Below are positions 1-9,338 of a DNA stretch of 48,133 bases, one piece after another (positions within the stretch are counted from its first letter, which is position 1; every line of letters starts with the position of its first letter). Origin of the DNA: Deltaproteobacteria bacterium (lineage in GTDB: Bacteria > SAR324 > XYD2-FULL-50-16); contig JAOUME010000003.1 of NCBI GenBank assembly GCA_029881655.1, forward strand, positions 1 through 48,133, in the 5' to 3' direction. The translations under genes and the position numbers were made by a program. A model generated the notes under the pieces. It was not told where the DNA came from. It made no database searches and saw only the letters and a program-made list of their open reading frames with translations.

Positions 1-2
1 TT

Positions 3-986
3 TCTGGAGATCATGAAACCATCCATGGTGCCGCTTTCATTAGCCAAGATTCCGTGCAAAAAAACCCTGTCGGTAGTTGGGTCGTCAAAAACGGAACCAA
101 AATAAACCTTTTTGACGAATCAGATAAAATCTACCAGATCCGACTTGGTGAGAATCCTGGAGACAAGGGCGAATTCCGTTTTTACTTTACCTCCAAAGCA
201 AATGCGGAACTTTTACTTAAAAAAGGAAAAATATCCTTGATGATCGAAGAAACCGAAAACATCATACAATTTCATTTCGACCCCCGTCATTCTGACTCGA
301 AAATCGCTTTTCTTCTGATTAAAAACGGACTCCCACCCGAGTTTATCCAAAACAAAAAAACCGATGTGACGGTGATTTCGGCAATCGGCAACCGCTATAT
401 CGATTACTTGATACCTGGCTTGATAGCAATTGGGATTATGAATTCATGCATTTGGGGGATCGGGTGGACCTTAATCGAAATGCGGATGAAAAAACTACTC
501 CGTAGAATCGTCGCGACTCCTTTGAAAAAACATGTTTTTTTGATCTCCCATTTCACAAATAGGCTGATTATCACGCATTTCGAGTTATTGGTTTTATTTT
601 TATTCGCCCAATTTTATTTCGACATCACGGTCGAGGGAAGCCTTTTGGCTCTTTTTTTAATGGTGTTATGTGGTAACATCGCTTTCGCCGGTATCGCAAT
701 TGCCTTATCCTGCAGGGCACAACAGACGATCGTGGCCAACGGTCTGATCAATCTAACGACCCTGCCCATGTTTGTCGTATCAGGTATTTTTTTTAGTTAC
801 CACAACTTCCCTGAACTGGTTTTACCCATTATAAAAATTCTGCCGTTGACCATTTTAGCCGACGGTATCCGAAGTATCTTTATCGAAGGTAGCGGGGTAC
901 TTGATTTGACATCTTCATTTTCAATACTCATCGCAACCGGCGTGATCAGTTTTCTTGTCGGTCTGAAATTTTTCAAATGGCATTAA
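3..986 (+). CDS. ABC-2 type transporter permease (5'-truncated)
   Basis: Frame is open from position 3, upstream of the GTG at 54. C-terminal multi-TM region has YIDYLIPGLIAIGIM, EMRMKKLLRRIVATPL and SGIFFS..FP, typical of ABC-2 permeases. Confidence 0.85.
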   Translation, partial: SGDHETIHGAAFISQDSVQKNPVGSWVVKNGTKINLFDESDKIYQIRLGENPGDKGEFRFYFTSKANAELLLKKGKISLMIEETENIIQFHFDPRHSDSKIAFLLIKNGLPPEFIQNKKTDVTVISAIGNRYIDYLIPGLIAIGIMNSCIWGIGWTLIEMRMKKLLRRIVATPLKKHVFLISHFTNRLIITHFELLVLFLFAQFYFDITVEGSLLALFLMVLCGNIAFAGIAIALSCRAQQTIVANGLINLTTLPMFVVSGIFFSYHNFPELVLPIIKILPLTILADGIRSIFIEGSGVLDLTSSFSILIATGVISFLVGLKFFKWH

Positions 987-1047
987 CGAATAACCCAGAT
1001 CGTCACAGTCCTGTCTATGATTATCACCTTCATACAAAGGAGAAGAG

Positions 1048-1728
1048 ATGACATTCAAGCACAAACCGGAACTTATTAGTTTTCAGCTTTGTCCTTTCGT
1101 TCAAAGATCAGTCATTACCCTGCTTTATAAAAATATCCCTTTCCACCTCCGCTTCATCGACCTAAAAAACAAACCGGACTGGTTTTTGGAAATATCGCCC
1201 CTCGGAAAAGTGCCGGTCTTAAAAATAGGTGATGAAGTTCTTTTTGAGTCACAAGTCATCAACGAGTATTTAGATGAAGTTTCCCCACCTCAGCTTCACC
1301 CAACCGATCCCCTTATAAAGGCAAAAAATAGAGCCTGGATCGAATTTGGTTCCAGCCTGATTATCGCTCATCATCAGTTTACGACCTCCAAAGAACAGGC
1401 TCAAATGGAAAGATTCCTTAAAGAGTTGCACAACAAGTTAAAAATACTTGAATCCAGATTGGATCAAAAACCTTTTTTTAACGGAAAGGAATTTTCGCAA
1501 GTCGAGACGGCTTACGCGCCTTTAATGATCCGGTTAAAAATCATTGAGCAAAAAACTTCCCTTTTTTCCCTTAAAGACTACCCCAAACTTAGTGCATGGT
1601 TTAATTTAACTTGTCATATTAGGGCAGTACAAGATTCCACCATTGATCAATTTGAAAAACTGTACCTAGAATACTTAGTTAATGCGGAGAGTTTCTTATC
1701 AAAAGATTTCCCAGATAAATCTCTTTAA
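1048..1728 (+). CDS. Glutathione S-transferase family protein (Cys-type, CPF motif)
   Basis: N-terminal LCPFVQR, SPLGKVPVL and LFESQVINEYLDE motifs; AAGGAG SD upstream. Confidence 0.9.
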   Translation: MTFKHKPELISFQLCPFVQRSVITLLYKNIPFHLRFIDLKNKPDWFLEISPLGKVPVLKIGDEVLFESQVINEYLDEVSPPQLHPTDPLIKAKNRAWIEFGSSLIIAHHQFTTSKEQAQMERFLKELHNKLKILESRLDQKPFFNGKEFSQVETAYAPLMIRLKIIEQKTSLFSLKDYPKLSAWFNLTCHIRAVQDSTIDQFEKLYLEYLVNAESFLSKDFPDKSL

Positions 1729-1881
1729 AGGTTTACTCTGTTCAAACTCCCCTTCGTTAATAATGATTGATCAATGAAAATCAAATCTGACGGCCAACGC
1801 GACCTACCAATAAAATGATTAATTTGAATTTTAAGAACAGCGATAATAACTCCATTGAAATAAAATAAACAAAATGCTTGC

Positions 1882-1910
1882 TTGCTTAAGATATTCTCTT
1901 TTGATAGGTT
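1882..1910 (+). promoter_or_regulatory. Putative sigma70 promoter upstream of fabMG-like gene
   Basis: TTGCTT-N17-TAGGTT with TG extension; same pattern as the candidate upstream of purD. Confidence 0.4.
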
Positions 1911-2014
1911 TCAAGCCATACAAATGTTTTATTATAAAGCAAATCAATGAGTAAAGATTTCAAAAATACGCCGTTTACTGATATTAATTAATAAGAAATT
2001 ACCCTGGAAACGAC

Positions 2015-3337
2015 ATGAGCCTTTTTACACCTCTTCGAGAACTGCCTAAACAAGCAGAATTTAAAAAAAATGACGTTTTCCTGCTTTTTGGAGAATTAAT
2101 CCCCAGGGGCTACGCTAACGGGCTTGTGAACGCCGCTAAAGAAGCGGGAATGACCATCGTCGGAATTACAGTCGGAAGAAGAGAAAAAAATAACGCTTTA
2201 AGATCGTTAACCCCGGAAGAGCTCAAAGAAGCGGAAGCCAATCTGGGAGGAAAGATTTACAACGTACCTCTTTGGGGCGGTTTTGATATGGATTCCCCTG
2301 ATGATGGTCCCACTCCCCAGGAGATGCTAAAGGAGATTAAGGTCGACAACTGGGAAAGCTTTAAACTCGACTGGGACCGCATCAACGCCTGTAGAGAAAC
2401 TGGCATCAAGCGTTTTCAGGATTCGCTAGCCAAAGTGATGCGGGAGCTCCAAGCCGATATACCAAAAGACGCAAACGTTTTTTTTGCCCATACGATGGCA
2501 GGCGGAATACCCAAAGCAAAAATCCTTTTATTTCTTACCGCCCGGATCGTCAAAGGTACCGGTGATCGTTTTTTATCCTCGGAACCCTTTTGGAAATCGG
2601 ATTTAGGGCGGCTGGTTAAAATGAATTTCGAGGAAGTCACGGCCAACACTTTTAGCTACTTGATTCAGGCCAGTGAAACTATCAGGCAAAAACAAACCCA
2701 AAACAGTTGTCACGTCTGTTATTCGGCTTATGGTTATCACGGCTCGGAGATTTTAATAAACGACAAGTACCAGTGGCAGACCTACACCCCCTACCTTCCA
2801 GGATGGGCCAAGGTCAAACTGGAGGAAATCGCCAGACATGCATGGGAAAAAAACATCAAGGCGATCGTTTACAATTGCCCTGAAATCAGAACCAATTCAA
2901 GCGATCTTTTCGCCGGTGTAGAATTGTCCTTATTTCCCCTGATTCAATCTTTGGAAACAACCAGTGACTCGAACTGGACTAAAACTCAAATCGAAAAATG
3001 CGTAAGTAAGTTGGCCGACGGTATATCAAAAGATAAAATGCTCGACCAAATCAACGGATATCACTGTCATGAAGCGATTAAAGCTTTTTATGAAAATTTT
3101 GAAGACTGGCCCCGCCATAATAACCAACAACTTGCCGATTACATGATTGATATGTCTGAGCAGATCATGAATATGAACAAAACCAAGAAGGATTCCATTT
3201 CAGACTTTTTAAGTGCTCTCGTAGTTCAAAGCACTGGAAACCTCATGTTGCACGAGTCTTGGAATCCGCACGGACCTGTTTTATGGTTGGGACATGATTT
3301 GATCGCAAAAGATCTGACTCAAAGAGATAAAGGATAA
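2015..3337 (+). CDS. fabMG: FabMG-family enoyl-ACP reductase
   Basis: Full-length resemblance, from recall, to the metagenome-derived FabMG: DVFLLFGEL..RGYANGL, GMTIVGITVGRR, FFAHTMAGGIPK, YSAYGYHG, WQTYT.Y, YNCPEIRTNSS, GPVLWLGHD. Confidence 0.85.
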   Translation: MSLFTPLRELPKQAEFKKNDVFLLFGELIPRGYANGLVNAAKEAGMTIVGITVGRREKNNALRSLTPEELKEAEANLGGKIYNVPLWGGFDMDSPDDGPTPQEMLKEIKVDNWESFKLDWDRINACRETGIKRFQDSLAKVMRELQADIPKDANVFFAHTMAGGIPKAKILLFLTARIVKGTGDRFLSSEPFWKSDLGRLVKMNFEEVTANTFSYLIQASETIRQKQTQNSCHVCYSAYGYHGSEILINDKYQWQTYTPYLPGWAKVKLEEIARHAWEKNIKAIVYNCPEIRTNSSDLFAGVELSLFPLIQSLETTSDSNWTKTQIEKCVSKLADGISKDKMLDQINGYHCHEAIKAFYENFEDWPRHNNQQLADYMIDMSEQIMNMNKTKKDSISDFLSALVVQSTGNLMLHESWNPHGPVLWLGHDLIAKDLTQRDKG

Positions 3338-3399
3338 CTCTTGTTTAAAAGGTTTATCTGGTTTGAAAAAAATCATCAACCCGATCCCTTCTTTTAACT

Positions 3400-4557
3400 A
3401 TGAAGTTCGGTCTCTTTCATCAAACAGCTAGAGCCTGTATTTTTCTTGCACTTACCCTTTATTTCATATGTGGTTCTTTATCGGCTCAACAACTATTCAA
3501 TCTCGCAGAAATTGACCCCAATCAGACCAATTTTGAAGTTTATCACTCGTTTCAGCATAAATTGCTTCTAGTGGCTCTAACTTCAAAACCAAATGCCAAA
3601 TTCGACTGTTCTGCAAACCGATATTTGTTTTACGATTTCGCCAAAGAAATCTTTTTCGAGATTCCCGCAGGTTTTTTATTGATCAGCAAGGACTACTCCA
3701 AAGTTTTCTACACCAAGATTCATACTTTGGGTGGTCTCAACCTCAATAATACCAAACAGTGGGAAAGTGACGCGGCACTTATCATCAAGGCTCTGAACAT
3801 CTCTCCCGAGACCATGGAAAAAGCGAAGATCGTTAGCCGGGTAAGCAATCTTGCCTGTTGGATGCAGCCCGCTCTTTATAATTTAAAGTCAAAAAAATCC
3901 CAAACTTTTCCTTATCTGGCAGCCAATCTCTGTAAAAATAAATTTTGCGGGGAAGCTTTCTGGCCCAGCAACAAAGAAGTGCAATTCTGGATGCAGGTCG
4001 ATCCAAAACTACACCATTTGATCCGACTTAACGTCAACAGTCTGGATATCAAGTACAAGAAGAAGGGACCCGTGAACTTGCGTGATAATCTGAACCAGTC
4101 CAGTGCTCCAAGAGAAAACCTGATCAATGAAAAGAACCTAGGAAAAGGTCAAATCAAACTGCTTGCGAAAAAGGGCAAGGAGATCCTTCTTGTATGGAAC
4201 ACCACCACAAAGGGAACCATCAAGATCGATTTAAACCGCACTAAAGCAGATCATTTTGCCTCCAGCCACTATCAGCCTTTGATTCAAAATCTGATCAATA
4301 AACAAAAAATCCCCCAAGCGAAATCCCTTATCCAATTCGCCTTGTGGCTTGAACCAAAAAGCCAATTGATCCTCTATGAAAACATAAAACTTATGGGATC
4401 ACTTTTGATGTACGATGAAGTTTTTAAATCATTAAAGAAAGATTTCGATAAGCCTCAAAGAAAAGGGATTTGCCAAAAGATCCACCTAGACAAAACATTT
4501 CAGAAGTTATGGAAAAATCCTCTTTTTATCGAGGCCTTTAAAAAGAACTGTTCTTAA
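3400..4557 (+). CDS. Exported hypothetical protein
   Basis: 385-aa ORF with signal peptide (LSA-QQ) and a helical C-terminus; no recognised family. Confidence 0.7.
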   Translation: MKFGLFHQTARACIFLALTLYFICGSLSAQQLFNLAEIDPNQTNFEVYHSFQHKLLLVALTSKPNAKFDCSANRYLFYDFAKEIFFEIPAGFLLISKDYSKVFYTKIHTLGGLNLNNTKQWESDAALIIKALNISPETMEKAKIVSRVSNLACWMQPALYNLKSKKSQTFPYLAANLCKNKFCGEAFWPSNKEVQFWMQVDPKLHHLIRLNVNSLDIKYKKKGPVNLRDNLNQSSAPRENLINEKNLGKGQIKLLAKKGKEILLVWNTTTKGTIKIDLNRTKADHFASSHYQPLIQNLINKQKIPQAKSLIQFALWLEPKSQLILYENIKLMGSLLMYDEVFKSLKKDFDKPQRKGICQKIHLDKTFQKLWKNPLFIEAFKKNCS

Positions 4558-4577
4558 GACAAGAAGGCTTTTTATCC

Positions 4578-5348
4578 ATGAATCGGCGATTTCTAGTTCA
4601 TTCCCAGTTGGTTTTTTTTTTCGCGTTGATTGTTTTAACAACTTCCTGCCAGCCGTCACCAAGACCAGCCTTAACTCATGGCATCAAATTGCCGACCGGT
4701 TGGTTCATTTCCCACTATAACGCTCAGGTCGATCTTTTGAGTGCAAATGAAAAGGGAAAAAACTACTCGATTAAGTTTGACCGTATCACAAATAATAAAG
4801 AGGAAAGTTATTTTCTAAGCCTTGCGGAAGCCATCTTCCCAATGAAAAATAAAATTTTGGCTGAAATCCGTGGCAGTTCCGTTCCAAAGCAAAAGCTTGA
4901 TAATTGGTATTTTGAGCGGTTATGGTGGTTCGATATTTATCAAGGTGGTTTTATACCATACGCTATAACAGGCGATGCGGTTAACTTTTACACCCAGCGT
5001 TATATCAACTTTAAAAAGAACTTAAAAGAGACCCCCTCAGATCTTTTATGGAAAAAAGGAAATAAGGACAAGGTGGAATTCACCTACGAGGCGCAAGTCA
5101 TCATCCCTCAAAAGAGAACCGATGCTAACTTGCGGGAAGTTAGCGAAAGTTATCCCATCCGGGTAATCATGAGCCTAAAATGGTATGAATTCTGTGGACA
5201 GCCTTGCGGTTGGGGATTCGAGAAGAAAAGGGAAATCCTGTTTAGCTCTAAAACAGAAGTCATCGAAATCAAAGGAGACGGTATTTTTAAAAAATGGGTC
5301 AGCACTCCAGAGTCTCCCTATGCTCCCCATCAATGGATAACTTTCTAA
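4578..5348 (+). CDS. Hypothetical lipoprotein with CxxxC motif
   Basis: Hydrophobic N-terminus ending LTTSC; internal FCGQPCGWG; tight spacing to neighbours. Confidence 0.7.
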   Translation: MNRRFLVHSQLVFFFALIVLTTSCQPSPRPALTHGIKLPTGWFISHYNAQVDLLSANEKGKNYSIKFDRITNNKEESYFLSLAEAIFPMKNKILAEIRGSSVPKQKLDNWYFERLWWFDIYQGGFIPYAITGDAVNFYTQRYINFKKNLKETPSDLLWKKGNKDKVEFTYEAQVIIPQKRTDANLREVSESYPIRVIMSLKWYEFCGQPCGWGFEKKREILFSSKTEVIEIKGDGIFKKWVSTPESPYAPHQWITF

Positions 5349-5358
5349 ACGAGAAACA

Positions 5359-6186
5359 ATGCAACCCCTGCCTGCCGATTCCATCATCTATCAAGCCCGC
5401 TTGACAAACTGGAAAGATGCGGCAACAAAACTGTTGGATGCCGCTGGGCTTTTTGAGCGGATTCAATCACATAATAAAATTTTGCTTAAACCGAACCTCG
5501 TAACAAACGACCCTCCACCTATCACGACACCACCCGAATTAATCGAAGCGATTATCCTTTATCTTTGGCAAAAGGGGTGTAAGTCCGAAATTATCGTTGC
5601 CGACGGAACTGCCATGCCTTCCCTGAGTACCAAAGAAGTGTTTAGGCAGCTTGGATATAATCGATTATCGAAGGATTATGGAGTCATACTCAAAGATTTG
5701 GATACTGAGCCTTTGATGCTAAAGAAAAATCCCGCTTGCAAAAGATGGCCTGAAATCTATCTCCCGAAAATTGTCTTTGAAAGCTTTTTGATTTCCGTTC
5801 CCGTCTTAAAAGCCCACTCATTTTCAGGAGTTACACTCACCATGAAGAATATGATGGGTCTGCCGCCTTCAAAACACTATCAGCGAGGGGGTAGCTGGAA
5901 AAAATCGGCTTTCCATCACCGGATTGAAGAGGCAATATTCGATTTGAACCGGCATCGATCACCTGATTTTACGATGATGGATGCCACAGTAGGGATGAAG
6001 GACGCTCATTTATGGGGAGAAACTCTTAAGCCACCTCCCAACCTGCTTCTAGCGAGTTATGACCCTGTCGCGATAGACGCTTACGGAGCGAAGATCCTAA
6101 GTAGAAACTGGAAGGACATAGGCCATATCCGAAAAGCTGACGGAATATTAGGCAAAATCGAGGGATTGAGTTTAGTCGAGCTTTAA
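5359..6186 (+). CDS. DUF362 domain protein
   Basis: ILLKPNLV, TTPPE, ISVPVLKAHS.SGVTLTMKNMMG and SYDPVAIDA motifs. Confidence 0.85.
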   Translation: MQPLPADSIIYQARLTNWKDAATKLLDAAGLFERIQSHNKILLKPNLVTNDPPPITTPPELIEAIILYLWQKGCKSEIIVADGTAMPSLSTKEVFRQLGYNRLSKDYGVILKDLDTEPLMLKKNPACKRWPEIYLPKIVFESFLISVPVLKAHSFSGVTLTMKNMMGLPPSKHYQRGGSWKKSAFHHRIEEAIFDLNRHRSPDFTMMDATVGMKDAHLWGETLKPPPNLLLASYDPVAIDAYGAKILSRNWKDIGHIRKADGILGKIEGLSLVEL

Positions 6187-6472
6187 GCTTTGACCTTTAA
6201 TGAATAGTCAGCTACCCGAAATTTTTTCTATTTTTTCAGACATCGATCCCACGTCAAATGGCTTCAACTACATTTTCGCAACCTAACTGGCGCAAAATAT
6301 TTTAATGCTTAACCATAAATAAATTTCTCAAATTCCAATTGTCTTGCAAGAATCTCTTCTATGTCTTTTATATTGACTAAGTCCAATAATTCATAGATAA
6401 ATAAATATTTTATGTCTTAAAAAGGATCTATTTTCCTTATATCGTCAACCTTTAACCTTTAGACCCAATTTT

Positions 6473-8311
6473 ATGAGTGAAACAGCAACCCAAATAAATG
6501 ATAATCATATCAAATTTATTGAAGAAGAAATTGATTTTGAACAATTAATCTCCGCCAGTTTAGATAATCTAAAAGAAAAAGAGACCGTCAAGGGAAAAGT
6601 AACGAACATCTCAAAAGATTTCGTGACGGTAGACTTTGGTTACAAATCAGAAGGCCAAATCCCCAAACAGGAATTTCAGGGTGAAGATGGCGAGCTGACT
6701 GTTCAAGACGGTGATGAGACGGAAGTTTATATTGAGCGTTTTGAAAATGATGAGGGACAGGTTGTTGTTTCTAAAGAAAAGGCAGACAAGTTAAGAGTCT
6801 GGGGAGAAGTCGGAGAGGTTTTCGAACAAGATGGTATCGTCAGTGGTGTAATCACCGCCAGGATCAAGGGTGGTCTATCAGTCGATATTGGCATCAAGGC
6901 ATTTTTACCCGGTTCACAAGTTGACCTGCGACCGATTCGCAATTTAGACAAACTGCTGGGAGAACGCTTTGATTTTAAAGTTTTAAAATATAATCCAAAG
7001 AGAGGCAATATCGTTCTTTCAAGAAGAGCGATATTGGAAATCGACCGACAGGAGCAAAGAAAAAAGACATTGGGCTTATTAAAGGAAGATTCGGTTATCA
7101 AAGGCCATGTTAAAAATATTACCGATTATGGCGTATTTGTAGATCTTGGTGGTGTAGACGGACTGTTGCACATTACCGATATGACTTGGGGCCGTATCGT
7201 TCATCCTTCAGAGATGTATCAGATCGGGGATGAGATAGAGGTTCTCATTTTAAAGTATGATGAAGAAGAAGAGAAGGTCTCTTTGGGCCTGAAACAAAAA
7301 ACAGCCAATCCATGGGATATGGTAAAAAAGAATTATCCAATCGGAACAGAAGTTTCAGGAAAAGTCGTCAGCCTTACGAACTACGGAGCCTTTATTGAAA
7401 TTGAAGAAGGTGTCGAGGGCTTAATTCACGTGTCGGAAATGTCCTGGACAAAAAAGGTAAGACAACCTTCCTCGGTCGTTTCGCTTGGTGATGTGGTCAA
7501 GGCCATCATCAAAGAGCTTGATACCGAACAAAGGAGAATTTCTCTCTCTATGAAAGAGACAATGTCTAATCCATGGAACGCCGTTGCCGAAAGGTATCCG
7601 CCCAACGCTATAGTTTCAGGAAAGATCAGAAACATTACCGACTTTGGGATATTTGTCGGTCTGGAAGAAGGGATTGACGGTTTAGTTCATGTTTCTGACA
7701 TGTCCTGGAGTCAAAGACAAAAAAATCCGCATGAACTTTATAATAAAAATGATGAGATCCAAGTTAAGATCTTGAGCATTGATGTTGATAACCAGAGGCT
7801 ATCCTTGGGGATTAAGCAATTGGAAGAGGACCCTTGGCAAGCGTTAGAAAACAATCTTAATGAGGGCGATGTCATAACAGGAAAAGTCGTGCATGTTGCC
7901 GATTTTGGTGTTTTTCTAGAAGTAAGGCCCGGTGTCGAGGGACTGATTCATGTCAGTGAGATCGATAAAGAGGTTAGTAAAAAAAGTCTGACACAGTTTT
8001 ATCCATTGGGCAGTGAAATCCAGGCTAAAATCATTAACCTGAAACTCAGCGAAAGGCGCTTAGGTCTTAGCGTGACGAGTGTTATGGACAAAGATGCAAC
8101 CGCTGAAGTGGTAGAAAGTCAAGATACCGATATCCCTTCAGAAATGAGTGAAAAGGACAAGCCAAAGAAAAAAGCTAAAGCCGAAACTGAAATTGTAGCT
8201 GATACCAGCCCGGAAGAAGAAAAACCGGTAAAAAAAGCTACGAAAAAAGCCAAGGCAGAAGATTCTGCGGAACAAGCCGATGACGCAAAACCTAAAGAAG
8301 AAGGTAATTAG
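6473..8311 (+). CDS. rpsA: 30S ribosomal protein S1
   Basis: Six S1 repeats (e.g. DYGVFVDLGGVDGLLHITDM, YGAFIEIEEGVEGLIHVSEM) plus a charged C-terminal tail. Confidence 0.97.
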   Translation: MSETATQINDNHIKFIEEEIDFEQLISASLDNLKEKETVKGKVTNISKDFVTVDFGYKSEGQIPKQEFQGEDGELTVQDGDETEVYIERFENDEGQVVVSKEKADKLRVWGEVGEVFEQDGIVSGVITARIKGGLSVDIGIKAFLPGSQVDLRPIRNLDKLLGERFDFKVLKYNPKRGNIVLSRRAILEIDRQEQRKKTLGLLKEDSVIKGHVKNITDYGVFVDLGGVDGLLHITDMTWGRIVHPSEMYQIGDEIEVLILKYDEEEEKVSLGLKQKTANPWDMVKKNYPIGTEVSGKVVSLTNYGAFIEIEEGVEGLIHVSEMSWTKKVRQPSSVVSLGDVVKAIIKELDTEQRRISLSMKETMSNPWNAVAERYPPNAIVSGKIRNITDFGIFVGLEEGIDGLVHVSDMSWSQRQKNPHELYNKNDEIQVKILSIDVDNQRLSLGIKQLEEDPWQALENNLNEGDVITGKVVHVADFGVFLEVRPGVEGLIHVSEIDKEVSKKSLTQFYPLGSEIQAKIINLKLSERRLGLSVTSVMDKDATAEVVESQDTDIPSEMSEKDKPKKKAKAETEIVADTSPEEEKPVKKATKKAKAEDSAEQADDAKPKEEGN

Positions 8312-8338
8312 TCACTTCACTAAACAAAACCATCAGCT

Positions 8339-8378
8339 AGAGGACACAGTTTTTTGATAATATTTTTATGTGTCCTCT
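8339..8378. repeat. 10-bp inverted repeat after rpsA (possible terminator or mRNA-stabilising stem)
   Basis: AGAGGACACA (8339-8348) and TGTGTCCTCT (8369-8378) with a 20-nt spacer; no U-tract follows. Confidence 0.5.
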
Positions 8379-8426
8379 AACTCATCCAACGTAAACTTCA
8401 ATCACAGCAATTGGTATGAGGTTGTG

Positions 8427-9320
8427 ATGAATAAATTAAAGTCGTGGATAAAACAACACCCTCTCTGGGTCTTGTTAATAGTTTCCGCCGTTTTGCACCT
8501 TATCGTCATTTCTTCGATTAACCTCAAACAGTGGATTAATCCACCTACGCAAAAAACCTTTGAAGTCGATCTGGTTGAAAAGCAAAAAAGCTTATCCAAG
8601 CCCGCCAAATCATCTGTAGCAGTCAAGAAAGCCCCCCCACAACCCGAAAAGGAAGTGCCGAAAAAGGACGAAATTTCAAAAATACCACCAGCAAAACCGA
8701 CCTTGAGTCTTCGATCAAAACTCACATCTCAAGAGCAGTTGGAAGGACTCGTATCGGGCACGCCGCCTAATGAAATCAAGCAGGAACAAATCGCCATCCA
8801 ACCTGAAGAAAGCAGAATTGTTTTAGATGCCGACGAAAAAAGCAAAGCCGATATAAAAGCACTCATCATCAAAAAACCCGAAAAAAGCACCTCCCCAATA
8901 ACCGGGGTCAACGCCAGCCAAGTTAAGGGCAAAAGAAACAAATCTATACCCACCCCTCAACTGATCGATAAATCAAGTAGTTTAATTAAAAACGCTGAAA
9001 AAACACCTTCAGGGATAAGTGGCGGGAAAAAGACTTCCTCTAAGTCCGACAGCATTATCGAAGGAGAGGTCAGTAAAAGAAAGATCATCTCCAAACCCAA
9101 GCCGCCAAAACTCAACCTGGATAAAGACGTGACCATCTCCCTGAAGTTTACCGTGCTCTCAAACGGAGAAGTCGATCAAATCATCCCTTTCATTAAAGCG
9201 GACTCGGAGTTGGAACGTCTCGCGACCCGTCTTTTAAGGCTATACCGATTTGAGCCTCTTTTCGACAGTGAAAACACCCAAAACGGTATCATCCACTTCA
9301 CCATCAAACGAAAGAATTAA
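8427..9320 (+). CDS. TonB/TolA-like energy transducer protein
   Basis: N-terminal TM with SAVLH (SxxxH) motif, Pro/Lys-rich linker, TonB_C-like end (ISLKFTVLSNGEV..., YRFEP). ATG 8427 preferred over GTG 8370, which lies inside the inverted repeat. Confidence 0.7.
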   Translation: MNKLKSWIKQHPLWVLLIVSAVLHLIVISSINLKQWINPPTQKTFEVDLVEKQKSLSKPAKSSVAVKKAPPQPEKEVPKKDEISKIPPAKPTLSLRSKLTSQEQLEGLVSGTPPNEIKQEQIAIQPEESRIVLDADEKSKADIKALIIKKPEKSTSPITGVNASQVKGKRNKSIPTPQLIDKSSSLIKNAEKTPSGISGGKKTSSKSDSIIEGEVSKRKIISKPKPPKLNLDKDVTISLKFTVLSNGEVDQIIPFIKADSELERLATRLLRLYRFEPLFDSENTQNGIIHFTIKRKN

Positions 9321-9338
9321 AACAATCGACAGTGTTTC

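Noticed and set aside
6286-6310. TGGCGC upstream of rpsA as a sigma54 promoter
   Set aside because: No GC at the required 10-nt spacing.
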